A stretch of 64,000 nt of DNA from Octopus sinensis (lineage: Eukaryota): NCBI RefSeq assembly GCF_006345805.1, contig NC_043002.1, forward strand, positions 14,508,001 to 14,572,000, written 5' to 3'. A program made the position numbers and the translations under genes. The notes beneath the pieces are model-generated. The model had not been told where the DNA came from, ran no database searches, and saw nothing but the letters and a program-made list of their open reading frames with translations. Below, piece by piece: positions 24,421 to 36,753 of the stretch (positions are counted from its first letter, which is position 1; every line of letters begins with the position of its first letter).

Positions 24421-26140
24421 GTATGTATATATATATTATTTAGTTGGAATGGTTGTACTGCCGAAATCTAAAAAAAAAAATACATGAGTGTATAAATAAA
24501 TAAATAAAAATAAAAGACGTGATTACTTGTATTGTATAAACTGGTTGAGTTGTGTGATTTTGGTATTTATGAAGAAATTTCGAAATGCAGAGTTGTGCGG
24601 TTGTGGATATGTCATAGTTGCGCTGGAAATTGGGGCAAACCATGTATTTCTTTTGATTTAGGAGCTAAATATTTGTAGGAGAATGAGATGTCTTTGAAAG
24701 AATTGGTGACCATATTTGGATTTGTGCCGGTGGTATTATACAAAGACATAAAACACGCACCCTTTCGGTCACTCCCCTCCACACATGCAATCACGTGTGC
24801 TTGTCTCCCTATGAGTGTCTGTGTCTCTGTGCTTGCTTATTTGTGTATGTACTTGTATGTGAATGTGTGTGTTTGTATTGAGTGCGTATAATAAAGTATG
24901 TGATCAGTGTTACATATATATTATGAAATTATACTGCCACAGCTCACAATGTATTGATACCAATTATATTTTTCCGTTGCAGACTATAAATATCGCTCGA
25001 AACGACAATAAGCAAACATCTTCGCCATTAGAAATTGCATTTTATTTTGATTGGTCGCAGTAATTTGCTATTATTTATCCTAGCTGTCCCCGATGAGCTG
25101 TCTATGGACAGGTTTGCTTCGTAAATAATGGGATATAATTCCAATGAAATATGTCTTTACTATAACAATCTTAGGCTAAAATATCTATAGCTACCAAAGT
25201 AGCGATGACAAAAGCTACGACATACAACAGTGACACATCTGTTTATATTCATAACATGAGAATTAATCAAATATGGGCTTCAATGTCAGTGGCTATACGC
25301 ATCATTTCTTTTTCTAGCTGATGTCGTTCTTATTTCAGAGATGGTGCGGAGAAAGCTTTTAAATCATTTACACATCTATTAATAAACGAGTATGTAGTAT
25401 GTTTTCTTAAAGCCTTCTGAAATAATGTATATTGTTAAAAAGTAAATGAAACATGAGATAGTGTCAGTTATATATGCGCGTGGGATATCACAAACGGCGT
25501 AGCTTTGATAATATTTCATCTTGACAAACACTACATCAAGCGTATGTACATCTAAATTAATATTTATTCACGAATATAAAACGCAAGAAGGCGCAAGGTG
25601 GATTGGCTTATAAAATACATTAGATGGAACAAAGTCTGTATTGTGTAAAGGTATAAGGAAACAAAACATCAGTAGCAGCAAGAAGCATTCTGCAAACCCA
25701 ACATGGAAATTGTTTTAGTAAATAATATGGGTGAATATTTCAAAACCCAATAATAGGCGATTAAGAACAGGGAAAGGAAGAAAAGTAGTCATACGCTTAT
25801 CAGTGATACTGGACAATGTCACCATAGGGAACACTCCAAAGTGATTATGTTGAAAAGTTCACAGAAAGATTAGGATATAACTCTGCAATGACTCATTTGC
25901 TGCTGTTTATAATCCACCAATGCAACGCCATTGACTGCTAACGTGAATCTATGAACCTCGAATGAATATGAAATGCGATCGCAAATGTGTGTGTGTGTGT
26001 TTAGAAAGAAAGGGAGGGTGAGAGAGAGAGCGAAAAAAACAGAGAGAGAAAAGACGTGAGAAAGAAAATTGCAACAATATATATTTTCGTCAGTGCTTTA
26101 ACGACTCTATTTATTCGTGGTGTAAAACATCCTTTGCTCA

Positions 26141-26316
26141 TGTCTGGGGAGATTCATTTTCTTTTTGTACCTTATAATTTAACACAGTCACCGGTAAAGT
26201 TTCTGCCTATTCATTATTTTTCTAAAAATAAAAATAAAAATAAGGAATAAGTGGAAATTTTATCGGTGAGTGCGTTAAATTATAAAGCACAAAAAGAAAA
26301 TGACTCTCCCCAGACA
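26141..26316. repeat. 63-bp inverted repeat made of a retroelement 3'-end segment
   Basis: 26141-26203 versus the reverse complement of 26254-26316 (about 7 mismatches); same segment occurs singly at about 29707-29775. Confidence 0.8.
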
Positions 26317-26891
26317 CAACAGAATAGGCTTCAACACACGAACTCACATAGAGAATTTTGCAAACCAAATCCAAAAACGAAATCCTTTCCTCAGTTTTCC
26401 GAACTTTGAATGTATTATTTAACAATTCATTATATAAAAAAAACAGAAGATAAACATCGATAGAATGATTTAGTCATAATCATTAGTTGATATGATTACT
26501 AACGTTCAAAAATTTCTTTAATCTCATCACCATCTACAGAAGGTGATTAATTTTACACTGCAAATATTAATATCATTTCTAACATCGACAAGACGTTATT
26601 TATACCAAGTATTTGTATATAAATTCTGATCGTTGTTAGGATGAAATAATTGTTACCTGATGTTATTTGCGATAAATAAGGAGTACGATCAGGTGACATG
26701 AATAGCTAAAATATTAATTAGCTATCTTCTAATAGAGCCAACAAGCTTGGCGCGTTCTATTATCTAGTATTGATAGTATCATAATTCATTACAAATTACC
26801 ACCCCTCACTGTTGGATATTTAGAGTATTTCACTTAACCAAATCCAGATTTTACTCTGTTTTCCAGTTGAGTAATGTAGGAGAACCTTCTA

Positions 26892-27434
26892 TTCGGTTGT
26901 CCGGAAAGTTCATGCCGATTTTTAAAGGAAAGAAAAAGGTCAATAAATACTTGCCATTACATTTTTAATCGACCAAATATGAACCATTTTGTTGCACAAT
27001 GCGTCTCCATCTTTCTTTTATAACTTGAAAATACCTGATTCCCAGAATTGAGGTGGTTTCATGGTAAAGAATTAATCAAGGTATCTTTTTACGTCATCCA
27101 AGGAATTGAAATTTTTACCATTAAGACTAATCTGCAGAGACCTGAATAAGTGGAAATCCGAAGGAGCAATATCTGGTGAATATGGTGGGTGGGGTAACAC
27201 GTCCCGGCCGAGCTGCAGTAATTTTTGTCTGGTTCCCAAAGCATCAAGTGCCGAAAATGAACTTACTTATCTTCCATTTTTAAGGATTACAGAATTGACA
27301 CAGGTTATATGATAATAAACCCTACTTCCAGGAAAAGATAGCTTAAACTGTGCTCTAAATGGACTCAAACATGTTCTAAAATAAGTCGAAATGTAAGCTA
27401 CTACAAATCGGCACGAGCTTTCCGGACAACCCAA
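26892..27434 (-). mobile_element. Internally deleted mariner (D,D34D-type) transposon
   Basis: 30-bp TIRs TTCGGTTGTCCGGAAAGTTCATGCCGATTT, TA TSDs; minus strand 27240-26965 reads QKLLQLGRDVLPHPPYSPDIAPSDFHLFRSLQ...FWESGIFKL..RWRRIVQQNGSYLVD with stops/frameshift. Confidence 0.93.
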
Positions 27435-27726
27435 TATTTATGCACTAGACTTTTAAAGAGTATTTATATCTAAGAATTTAAAAGAATAACAATTTCGATG
27501 ATCAATCTTTACAGGTAGAGAAACTTAAAATTACAAAGAAAACACGCATTCCATCTTATATTAGACACCCCGATTTCGCTCTTTTCTTACATTGTACTGA
27601 TGAATAAAATATATGATTCTCAGCAAAGTCAAAGCACATAAGTTGCACAAAAACTTTTATTTCTTGATAACAAGAATTATAGGCATTTTTTCTATGTAAG
27701 CATCTTTTACTTTTTCCCTACTTCAG

Positions 27727-28085
27727 ACACTGGACTGCAGTCATGCTGGGGCAGGACTTTCAAAGGATATGCTCGAACAAATTTGCCTGTTACTTATTTC
27801 AGTTGTACTACAACTATCGGATTCTTTTGCCGAACGGCTAAGTTACAAAGATGTAAACAAACAAACAAGCAACAGTTGCCATGCAGTGGTGGCGACAAAC
27901 GCATACACAAGCACACGTACATATAGCTACGCGTATATATCTATATATACGACAGGCTTCTGCAAGGTTTCCGTCTACCATATTCACTTTCAAAGCGTCG
28001 TTCGATCCAAGGTGCAACGCAGTGGGGCTGAACCTGAAACCATGTGGTTGAAAAGTAAACATTTTAGTAATACAGACAAGCCTGT
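27727..28085 (-). mobile_element. Degenerate family-A SINE
   Basis: Reverse-complement homology to 1826-2257 (GACTGCAGTCATGCTGG..., TTTTGCCGAACGGCTAAGTTAC, AACCATGTGG). Confidence 0.7.
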
Positions 28086-29238
28086 GCCTGTATCACGAAA
28101 TAAGAATACAAGGTAATATGTTGCAAGAAATCTTTGAAATATACTGCCAGAGATGCCAAGAGCAACAAAGAGACTCTTCTGCATTACCAGTGTAAGATGC
28201 CGATATTTGAAGCAACTTAACTGTGATAACGTAGGCTATGTTAGGAATTTGGCAAGTATATTTTTAACACTTTTGCTTTTCATCTGATCAGTTATACAGA
28301 TTTTTTTTAATGGAATCTCAGTCATATGTCAGGCTGCCCCGTCCCTGTGATTAAATTGTTCTCTTTATAGGAGCATATATAAAATGAAATTTAAACCATG
28401 TGCAATAAATTGTTCGAAGATGTAAGTTTTGACGTACCAGCAAATGATTGATCTGAATATAAACATAGCATTCATAAACAAGAAATACGTCTTAGATTTC
28501 TTCTGGAAAAGTTAACTAACGCTGCGACAATGTTAAAAATGTTACTGATAAAAGTTTTAGCAACTACTCTTTCGACCAAATTCTTTCTTCGGGATCACAT
28601 GAAAAATGTATAATATATTTCCTTATCGTTTTTGTCTGAGTGGTATATGTCTGTGTGCACGCATGAATACACACTTATATATATATATATATATTACGTA
28701 AAATACCCTGTGTGCGTGTGTAATTGCTTTACACGCGAAAACGGCTTCGCGAATTGGTCCCATACTTGGGATGCATGAATTATTTCAAACATGGGTCTTC
28801 ATTTTATTTTTTTTATTAAAGATAAATAATATTGCTTTATAATATATGATTCTCTTCTTTAAAAATGTTTTTCAGTACCAACTTCCGGTATTGACGTCAC
28901 AACTATCCAGACAATATTAATTCGTTGCAAGCAAATTTTACGTTTTAATTTGCGAAGTCTCCCACTCTCTGTTTTAATGTTTTAATTTCAAGTTTTCATT
29001 CGCTATTTCCAAAAAACTACGATAAATTACCGAAAGAAATACTTATCAACTAAGCGTGATTTTTTTATAAATTGAAGTTTTCAAGAAAATTTGCTTTCTG
29101 AACTTCGTTTTGATATTGAATATTCCAAGTTCACAAATTTAAATATTCGGTACAAGATAGTTTTTAACGAGCAATTATCTATTCAATTTTTCTATTTCAT
29201 GTTTATTTCATTCATTGTTTGCAATGTTCTCTTTCCCG

Positions 29239-29299
<61 letters not shown>

Positions 29300-29464
29300 A
29301 AAAAAGAAGGGGTGTTGAACATTATTCGCCTGCCAACGCTTTTCTACTCATCTTTAGTCTTTATTCTTCAATTTACTCCTTTATTCTTATATTTTATTCC
29401 TTTGAAACTGTGAATTTTAATCCTTGTGAACTGTAAATTTTCCCTGTCTGAAATACTCATACCT

Positions 29465-29542
29465 TGTCTCTGATGACGGAATACCCAGTGCATGGACATA
29501 CAAACCTACCGCTTGGGTTATCCCAGAAACAACTGTGAGACA
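29465..29542 (+). ncRNA. Degenerate hammerhead-like motif in Penelope-type LTR fragment
   Basis: TGTCT-CTGATGA...GAAAC-AACT-GTG-AGACA: 5-bp stem I, but cleavage triplet is GUG and stem II base is mismatched. Confidence 0.5.
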
Positions 29543-29699
29543 TCAAATTAACATTGCCCTAACTATATTATTCTAAATGACTTGAGATACTCGTTCTCCT
29601 TGGTTTTAGATTTTCACCTAATGTAATATATATATATATATTATATATATATATAGATATATATATATATATATAATATATATATATTATATATATATT

Positions 29700-29970
29700 A
29701 TTCTGTTGTGTCTGAGGAGAGTCATTTCTTTTTGTGCCTTATAATATAACACACTCACCGGTAAAATTTCCACTTTTCTTTCTTATATTCCTAAAATTTT
29801 CATTGCGTCTTGCAACCTATCCAATAGTTTTGACTCTGTCCGTTATGTAGAGCGCATATGATTTTGTATTATGAAAGTACTCCCACAGTTGATTTGCAGT
29901 GTCCTGTGCATGCGTGTACCTCTTTGGTTTCCAGACAAAGTAAATTACGATATCTTACTCAGTTCGTAAG
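29700..29970 (-). mobile_element. 3' end of an unclassified retroelement ending in (TA)n
   Basis: Minus strand has a degenerate ORF end followed by ...GACTCTCCTCAGACACAACAGAATAA(TA)n; segment shared with 26141-26316. Confidence 0.5.
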
Positions 29971-30171
29971 CTTAACTCTCCCTTGTACATACACCGCCAT
30001 CATGCACATCATTCCGTTGAGGTAGTCTTAACTGCTATAGAAGAAGGAATGCGGTGTGGTTGGATAACGGTACCATGACTCCTTACCCCCTTCAAAATAA
30101 ATACAAGATATACTGTATGCCAGCTGCTCCATCACTCTGGTTACATAGTGTAATTGTAGCGTAAATCGAGA

Positions 30172-30271
30172 NNNNNNNNNNNNNNNNNNNNNNNNNNNNN
30201 NNNNNNNNNNNNNNNNNNNNNNNNNNNNNNNNNNNNNNNNNNNNNNNNNNNNNNNNNNNNNNNNNNNNNNN
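30172..30271. other. Assembly gap (100 N)
   Basis: Exactly 100 consecutive N, typical of a scaffolding spacer. Confidence 0.99.
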
Positions 30272-30512
30272 AACACACACATTGGTTCCTACACAATAGC
30301 CTCACGTACAAGTATATATAATATTATGGCAAATTCACATAAAAAGAAGCTTCTATCTCCAATGATTCTGTATATTTATCACGAAATTAACGAACTTGGT
30401 ATGCGGTCATGAAATATGGCATCGCAAAATGCAGTCTAGACCTTCATGGTGGCAAATATTTATATACATACATAAATGCACTCCCATGTATATATAAATA
30501 TATGCATACATG

Positions 30513-30680
30513 CAGATCTGGCCAAAAGACACCTGACTGTAAAAGCATCTTAATACGAAACATGAAAATTGTTCAAACCGAATACCTCGAATGACGTGTT
30601 TTCCTTTCGAGTCAATAGAGAACAACAGATAGAATTTATGGATGCTTGATTTACTGTCGGGGGACGTTTGGCCAACCCTG
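30513..30680. mobile_element. Tc1/mariner-type MITE with degenerate TIRs
   Basis: CAGATCTGGCCAAAAGACACCTGAC ... GTCGGGGGACGTTTGGCCAACCCTG|TA. Confidence 0.65.
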
Positions 30681-30812
30681 TATATATATATATAGGTATG
30701 TACATGTATGTATGACTTTTTTCCCAAAATTATATATTTATGTGTATTATATATCTATAATTTCTTGGCGAGTTTAAACAATTGTTTAAAACTCGCCAAG
30801 AAAATTTTGAAA

Positions 30813-30874
30813 CCACCTGATGATGTCTGCTACTCAAAAATTTGATGACAGAAAACAGGAAACGATCGTAGTGG
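30813..30874 (+). ncRNA. Minimal hammerhead-like motif in Penelope-type LTR fragment
   Basis: CCAC-CTGATGA...GAAAC-GATC-GTA-GTGG: 4-bp stem I, palindromic stem III ACGATCGT, GUA triplet; stem II imperfect. Confidence 0.55.
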
Positions 30875-31072
30875 ATACTAATATATTTTTTAATAATTGT
30901 TAATATCTAAATAATATAAATTAATTATGTATTGGCTTAAGTCTTTCATTGTTTGGTTTGCAGAATAGGGTTTTGTCTCTAATTTAATATAATATAATAT
31001 TTTACTATAAAATTGGATTCAATCCTAAATCTGATTTTTCCCTGTAAGTTTGGATTATTCCATAATATTTAT

Positions 31073-31115
<43 letters not shown>

Positions 31116-31118
31116 AAT

Positions 31119-31189
<71 letters not shown>

Positions 31190-31645
31190 TTAGCTCATTC
31201 CTAAGCTTCGTTAACCTTAATTTGGTCTTACATTGCTAATAGATAGAGTATCAAGTCATATCCAGATATTTTACCTAGATCAGTACAGTTAATTAATTCC
31301 GTATCTTGTTAACCATAATTTAGTTTCACCTTAATTATAGGGAAAGTGTTAAACTATATTCAAGCATTTTTTCTATTCGTAAAAATATTTTCTCCCAGAG
31401 ATCCTAGTACCTGAAAGATAAATAGTTCCTTTATGATAACTACACCTAACCTCTCATTTATGCATTAAAACTACACTCATTCAATTTTAACCTGAATGTT
31501 TAAAAATGAATATTCTCCTGCCTCGTATAATCAAAATAATTCTCTGATATTGTACATTATCTAATCACGATGAGTTTCCATAGTTTACCTGCAGTCAACG
31601 GGAAGAAAGCATGCAAACTTTGGCTCCATTATTCATATATCTAAT

Positions 31646-32045
31646 ATTCTTTACTACGCTAGGCACAAGTGCCGAAGTTTTGGGGGAGGATCCCAGTTGA
31701 TTAGATCGACCCAAGGACGCAACTGGTACTTAATTCTTCGACCCTGAAAGGATGAAAGGCGAAGTCGACCTCGGCGGAATTTGAACTCAGAGCGTAAAAA
31801 CAGACGAAATACCTATTTTTTTACTACCCACAAGGGGCTAAACACAGAGGGGACAAACAAGGACAGACATAGGTTATTAAGTCGATTACATCGACCCCAG
31901 TGCGTAACTGGTACTTAATTTATCGACCCCGAAAGGATGAAAGGCAAAGTCGACCTCGACGGAATTTGAACTCACAACGTAACGCAGACGAAATACCGCT
32001 AAGCATTTCGCCCGGTGTGGTAAAGTTTCTGCCAGCTCACCGCCT
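31646..32045 (-). mobile_element. Family-B/C SINE (head, one 184-bp unit, different terminal unit)
   Basis: Junctions at 31811 and 31995. Confidence 0.87.
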
Positions 32046-33078
32046 TATCGTGTTTCTAATATTAAAACAGATAACGCAGCCAGGGTTTAGAATTGTTCTT
32101 GCGTTGGACAAAATGATTAGCCTCATTTTGTCCGATTTTCCGTTCCGAGTTCAAATGTCACAGAGTTTGACTTTGCATCTCATCCTTTCGGTGTCGAAAT
32201 TACTGGGCTCAATGCAATCAACTCACCCCTTCCACCAAAATTGCTGGCATTGTGCCAAAATTTGAATAATTACTTCGGATTTGAGCAGTATTGCATTAAA
32301 TTCTTATACAAAATGCTCATATATAAACAATTGTTCTTTATGATAATATGGAGGGAGTTATATACAGAAACATACTGAACCGAAATAAAAATACTTAAAT
32401 TCGAAGTAAACTTCTAAAAACTACTACTATACACTATTTTCTTTCTGCATTCCTATTCCTCTCTAAATTGTTGCTTGTCATTTTTCTTTTAGACAATTTA
32501 TTGAATATACATTTTATCATTTCGAGTTTTAAAAACCGCTTCAAACAATAGAAAGATCAATTTCGCAAATTATATTTATTCAAACATTTCTTTGCTAACC
32601 AAATACGGTTAATGACAATAGTAAATCGTATTCAGTAAAATGAAATATATTGAGCTTTGCTGAGAAGATAAAATCGTCAAATACATTGGGCCGTTAAATT
32701 TAATAAAAAATCATCGAAAACTTCAAAAAAATAAGTATCAATGGTTTATATGCGCTTAATGTGTTCTGTTTGAAATATAATGTGACAATATTTAGGGAAG
32801 TGTGTGATTGTTGGAAGCCAATTGAGCAAAGTATAATTTCATTAATATTTCGTTTAACAATCTAGTCTGACGTATGCAGCAGCTTTTGCTTTCATATTAG
32901 CTGTGTATAGAAGTAGTTTAAGGACACAAGACCTATTATATAGAAAAGAACCAGAAAAAAATTGGCATACTGAAGGCCAAGGGTGTTTGGGAAGCAGTCT
33001 AGGGCCAGACTCGTAGCATAACAGCTTGTACACATTAGGTAGTGAGTTGATATGGCAAAATTGTGAATCAATTGGCAC

Positions 33079-33305
33079 CTCGAGCTGGTTGAAACGTTAG
33101 CGCGCCGGGCGAAATGCTTAGCAGCATTTCATCTGTCGTTACGTTCTGAGTTCAAATTCCGCCGAGGTCGACTTTGACTTTCATCTTTTCGGGGTCGATA
33201 AATAAAGTACCAGTTTCGCACTGGAGTCGATGTAATCGACTTAATCCCTCTGTCTGTCTTTGTTTGTCCCCTCTATGTTTAGCCCCTTGTTGGCAGTAAA
33301 GAAAT
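33079..33305 (+). mobile_element. Family-B SINE, single unit
   Basis: CGAGCTGGTTGAAACGTTAGCGCGCCGGG head to GCAGTAAAGAAATA tail. Confidence 0.85.
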
Positions 33306-33482
33306 ATATATTTTCTGAGTTTAAATGCCAAAATACTTGTGACGTAATTGAGTCAGTGCAATAAAATTACGGATAGATATCGTATCCCCCCAAATTCCTT
33401 TGATATTTTTTAACATCTTGTAGATAAAAAGAATATCATACATACATACTTACATACATGCAGGCATATACGCAGGCGTATG

Positions 33483-33527
<45 letters not shown>

Positions 33528-33725
33528 TGTGTGCAGTGTCATGTGGAATTGTATGTGATTTTTGATAGGTTTTTAATTAAGATAGATGGTGTTTGTTTAC
33601 TTACTGTTGAGTTAAACTCAGCTGGTTAAAGAATTTCAGTTAAAAAAGATATTAATTACGTGAAAAATTATAGTCTTTGCGTATAAAGGGAAAAAAAGGC
33701 TCCTTTGAAATGTTTTCCCTCAACT

Positions 33726-34106
33726 GATGATGGCAATCCTTCAAGGTCGAGGATGATGGTCTTCGCGCAAATTTACTGGTGAGTCCGTAGGTGACGGATA
33801 AGACCAATTCTTGTTTGAAAAGATCGGTCGCAATGCGGACATCTAGTGCCGGAAGGGAGAGTCGCACCCGGTTGTTGTTGGTGCTCCTTCCGTCGTCGTC
33901 TTTTCTCCTCCAGCTCTGCAGACCTTTTCGACTCGAAAGTCGCCGTTCCCTCATGGATGGCGGTTTTCCAGAGTGGTCTGTTTTTTTTTTTAACATCCTT
34001 ATCACGACAGTGTTGCACATCATACGAGATGACCTTCCACCTGGCATCGAGATCTCGTACAGAATTGACGGCAAGATTTTCAATCTCGCTCGCCTCAAAG
34101 GTACAT
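33726..34106. mobile_element. RTE (BovB-like) LINE fragment with 5' inversion
   Basis: Minus strand 33980-33773 reads LWKTAIHEGTATFESKR...RCPHCDRSFQTRIGLIRHLRTHQ* plus 3' UTR and (CAT)n; plus strand 33985-34106 reads FFNILITTVLHIIRDDLPPGIEISYRIDGKIFNLARLKG (RT region); candidate TSD CCC(T/A)CAACT. Confidence 0.85.
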
Positions 34107-34132
34107 CCCACAACTATGTTCTATTGAAAACA

Positions 34133-34143
34133 CTACTACTAAA

Positions 34144-34214
<71 letters not shown>

Positions 34215-34237
34215 TGTTGCTGCTACTACTACTACTG
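34133..34237. repeat. (TAC)n-(TGC)n compound microsatellite
   Basis: Direct inspection. Confidence 0.95.
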
Positions 34238-34376
34238 CTTCCCCCCCCAGTCTTTTGCTTATTCTGCTGGTGTTGCTGAATCTGTGATAAGTTTATCTTT
34301 TATTTGCTTCAATCATTACACTGCGATCAATGTGAGCACAGCCTTGAATATTATGTCAAGTGAATAAATCGAATGC

Positions 34377-34635
34377 TGAACCGCTAAGTTACGGGGACGT
34401 TAACATACCAAAACCAATTCTCTATCGTTGATGGGGCCCAATCACACACACACACACACACACACACATGTATATATACTACGTGTTTCTTTCAGTTTCC
34501 GTCTACCAAATCCACTCACAGGGCTATGGTTGCCCCGAGTAGAAAACATTTGCCCAAAGTGCCACGCAGCAGGACCGAACCCGGAAGCATATGGTTGGGA
34601 AGTAAGTTTCTTACCACACCACCACATTAGCGCCT
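34377..34635 (-). mobile_element. Family-A SINE, 5' portion
   Basis: CCGCTAAGTTACGGGGACG...TTCAGTTTCCGTCTACCAAATCCACTCACA...CTTACCACAC. Confidence 0.78.
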
Positions 34636-35879
34636 ATAGGACCATAAAATATATATTCTCACTGTATGCTTTCACCGTTTAAACTCGCCAAAACTCTTCC
34701 CAGATATTATTCTGAAACTCTCTATGTTGACTGAATTAAATGACAGACATATTCAAATTGTTCAAATACTATATATCCGTACAAAAAAGACGGGATGGTC
34801 ACAGCTGGCAGGAATTTGATGATAGTTGTGTCTTAGTGAAGGAAAATAACAGACACAATGGTCAGTTCCTCACTTTGACAGGAGAAAGGCTTGAGAGCCG
34901 TAAATATAAATTATTCATTTCTCTAGGATATCTCATAAGTGAATAATTACAATGATTCGTCCTATCAATTATACAATGACAGTACGCAAGTGCTTGAAGG
35001 AAAATATGAATTAATTTCCTTTTGAAATAATTGTCTGTTAACAATTCTATATGATAATGTTTGGTGCATCTATTGTTTCGAAAAAACAATGCAAAATAAA
35101 TATTTTTCATATAGGCAGTATATAAATGGCGGTATAGTTTGGTGAATTAAAGATTTTTGCATTCACTATTATCCAACACTTTTACGGATTGGTTACAATT
35201 TAGAGAATGGAGATCATTTTCAAGTATATCGTGATTTCTTTAGGGATTATATACAAAGATGACTCGTGAATATGTGAAAGAAACAATGAATAAATAACGA
35301 GGAAGTGAATGCTATATAGCTTTCGCAGAAGGTGAATTTATCGTTAAACAGCTGCCGTAATAAAACAAGACAAAGAACGGAATAGATAGAGCGATTGGAA
35401 ATCTAGTTTCTAGGGTATGCTGTTCAGTATTCATTCATTCTGATTTACAATCCTGCTGGTGACAATCTATGTTTCATCTATGCATTTCAATTAAATTCAT
35501 CTTACCTTTTTTCAAAGGTGTCGATGATACCTATGATAGCAATCAGCAAAATATTTCAAAGAGATATACAAAGAAAAAAATTACCTGATTCTGACACAAA
35601 ATATTTATTTTTTTCAATATAATTCCTACTGGCAATTTCCATTGCCGGGCAAAGGATCTAGGTGAAATTGGCCAAAGAGTGGAACGATTTAGTAGATGTA
35701 ATTTTTAAATATATTATAGTGACATTCCCTTTCATTTAATTAAACTATCTTTCATTTTATTGGCAAATGTTTTGTCCGTCTCTTTGAAGGTATCACCATA
35801 GCGAGACATGTTAAATTTGATATATTACCCTACATACGAATTCAGATCGACACAGTTAGGACCAATGATTTTATATATA

Positions 35880-36753
35880 TATATATAAAACAATAAATGG
35901 TGGGGTTCTGTTGACCGCACGTTGAGAAATGATAGGCAACGAAAAATTATAAAAGGCAGAATGCTAAATTTAAGGAAAATTTTAATGAAAATGGGTGTAT
36001 GGAAAAATTAGAAGAATTAATAAAATATATATATATTAATTCAAAACGGTTTTCATCACAATGTGACGTTTCAAGAATTGTAAGGTGAAAAGAGAAAAAA
36101 AAATTACGTTTGACGAGGGGGAAAAAAGAAAATTACATTGTCTTTTGCAAAAAATAATAATAAACATATTCAAAAATTAGAAAATAGGTCCACCGATACA
36201 TTGTAAAGTCTTTGTGTATCTCGAGTTTAGTGAGAGTTCTTGAAAAAATTACCTTGGAGGATTGAGATCCATGTGATGAAATCCATGTGCTGTTTAATTT
36301 AATTAAGGATGTCTGTTAAGTGGATGTCAAAACAGGAAGTTCCTGTGAGTAAGGGGAGACAACTCTGTGGGTTTTAAGCTCTGCAATTTGGGTTTATCAA
36401 TTATTTGTAATAAAGGGTGTTAATAAACCTTAAGTTATAACATTATCATTTTAGCTTCATTTGCATTATCTTTTTTATTTTTTTTATATAATTGTTTGCT
36501 AACTTAACATTCAGATTTTAACACATTATTTATATTGTTTTCTAATTATATAAATTTACATAAACCGATTTATAATTGCATTTCAGATTGTTATGTCATA
36601 TATAATAAAAATAAAAATAATAATAATAATAATAACATAATAATAATGATAAATAAAGAATATAAGGTTTAGCTTGAAGTGATGACTGTATGGTATCCTT
36701 ATATATTTGTATTAGTCCATCCATGAAGAATGAGGTAGAAAAAAGAAGTATGA
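35880..36753 (-). mobile_element. Probable 3' UTR/pseudo-LTR of the Penelope-like element
   Basis: AT-rich region directly downstream of the GIY-YIG stop, ending in (TA)n; boundaries approximate. Confidence 0.45.

Noticed and set aside
34740-34946. ORF with YYISVQKRRDGHSWQEFDDSCV resembling a USP His-box region
   Set aside because: The catalytic GHY is absent, a stop lies immediately upstream and there is no suitable acceptor
35506-35530. Minus-strand 25-nt exon candidate (GIIDTFEK) with a strong GTAAGA donor
   Set aside because: Isolated, no compatible partner exon identified, and an equally plausible plus-strand reading exists
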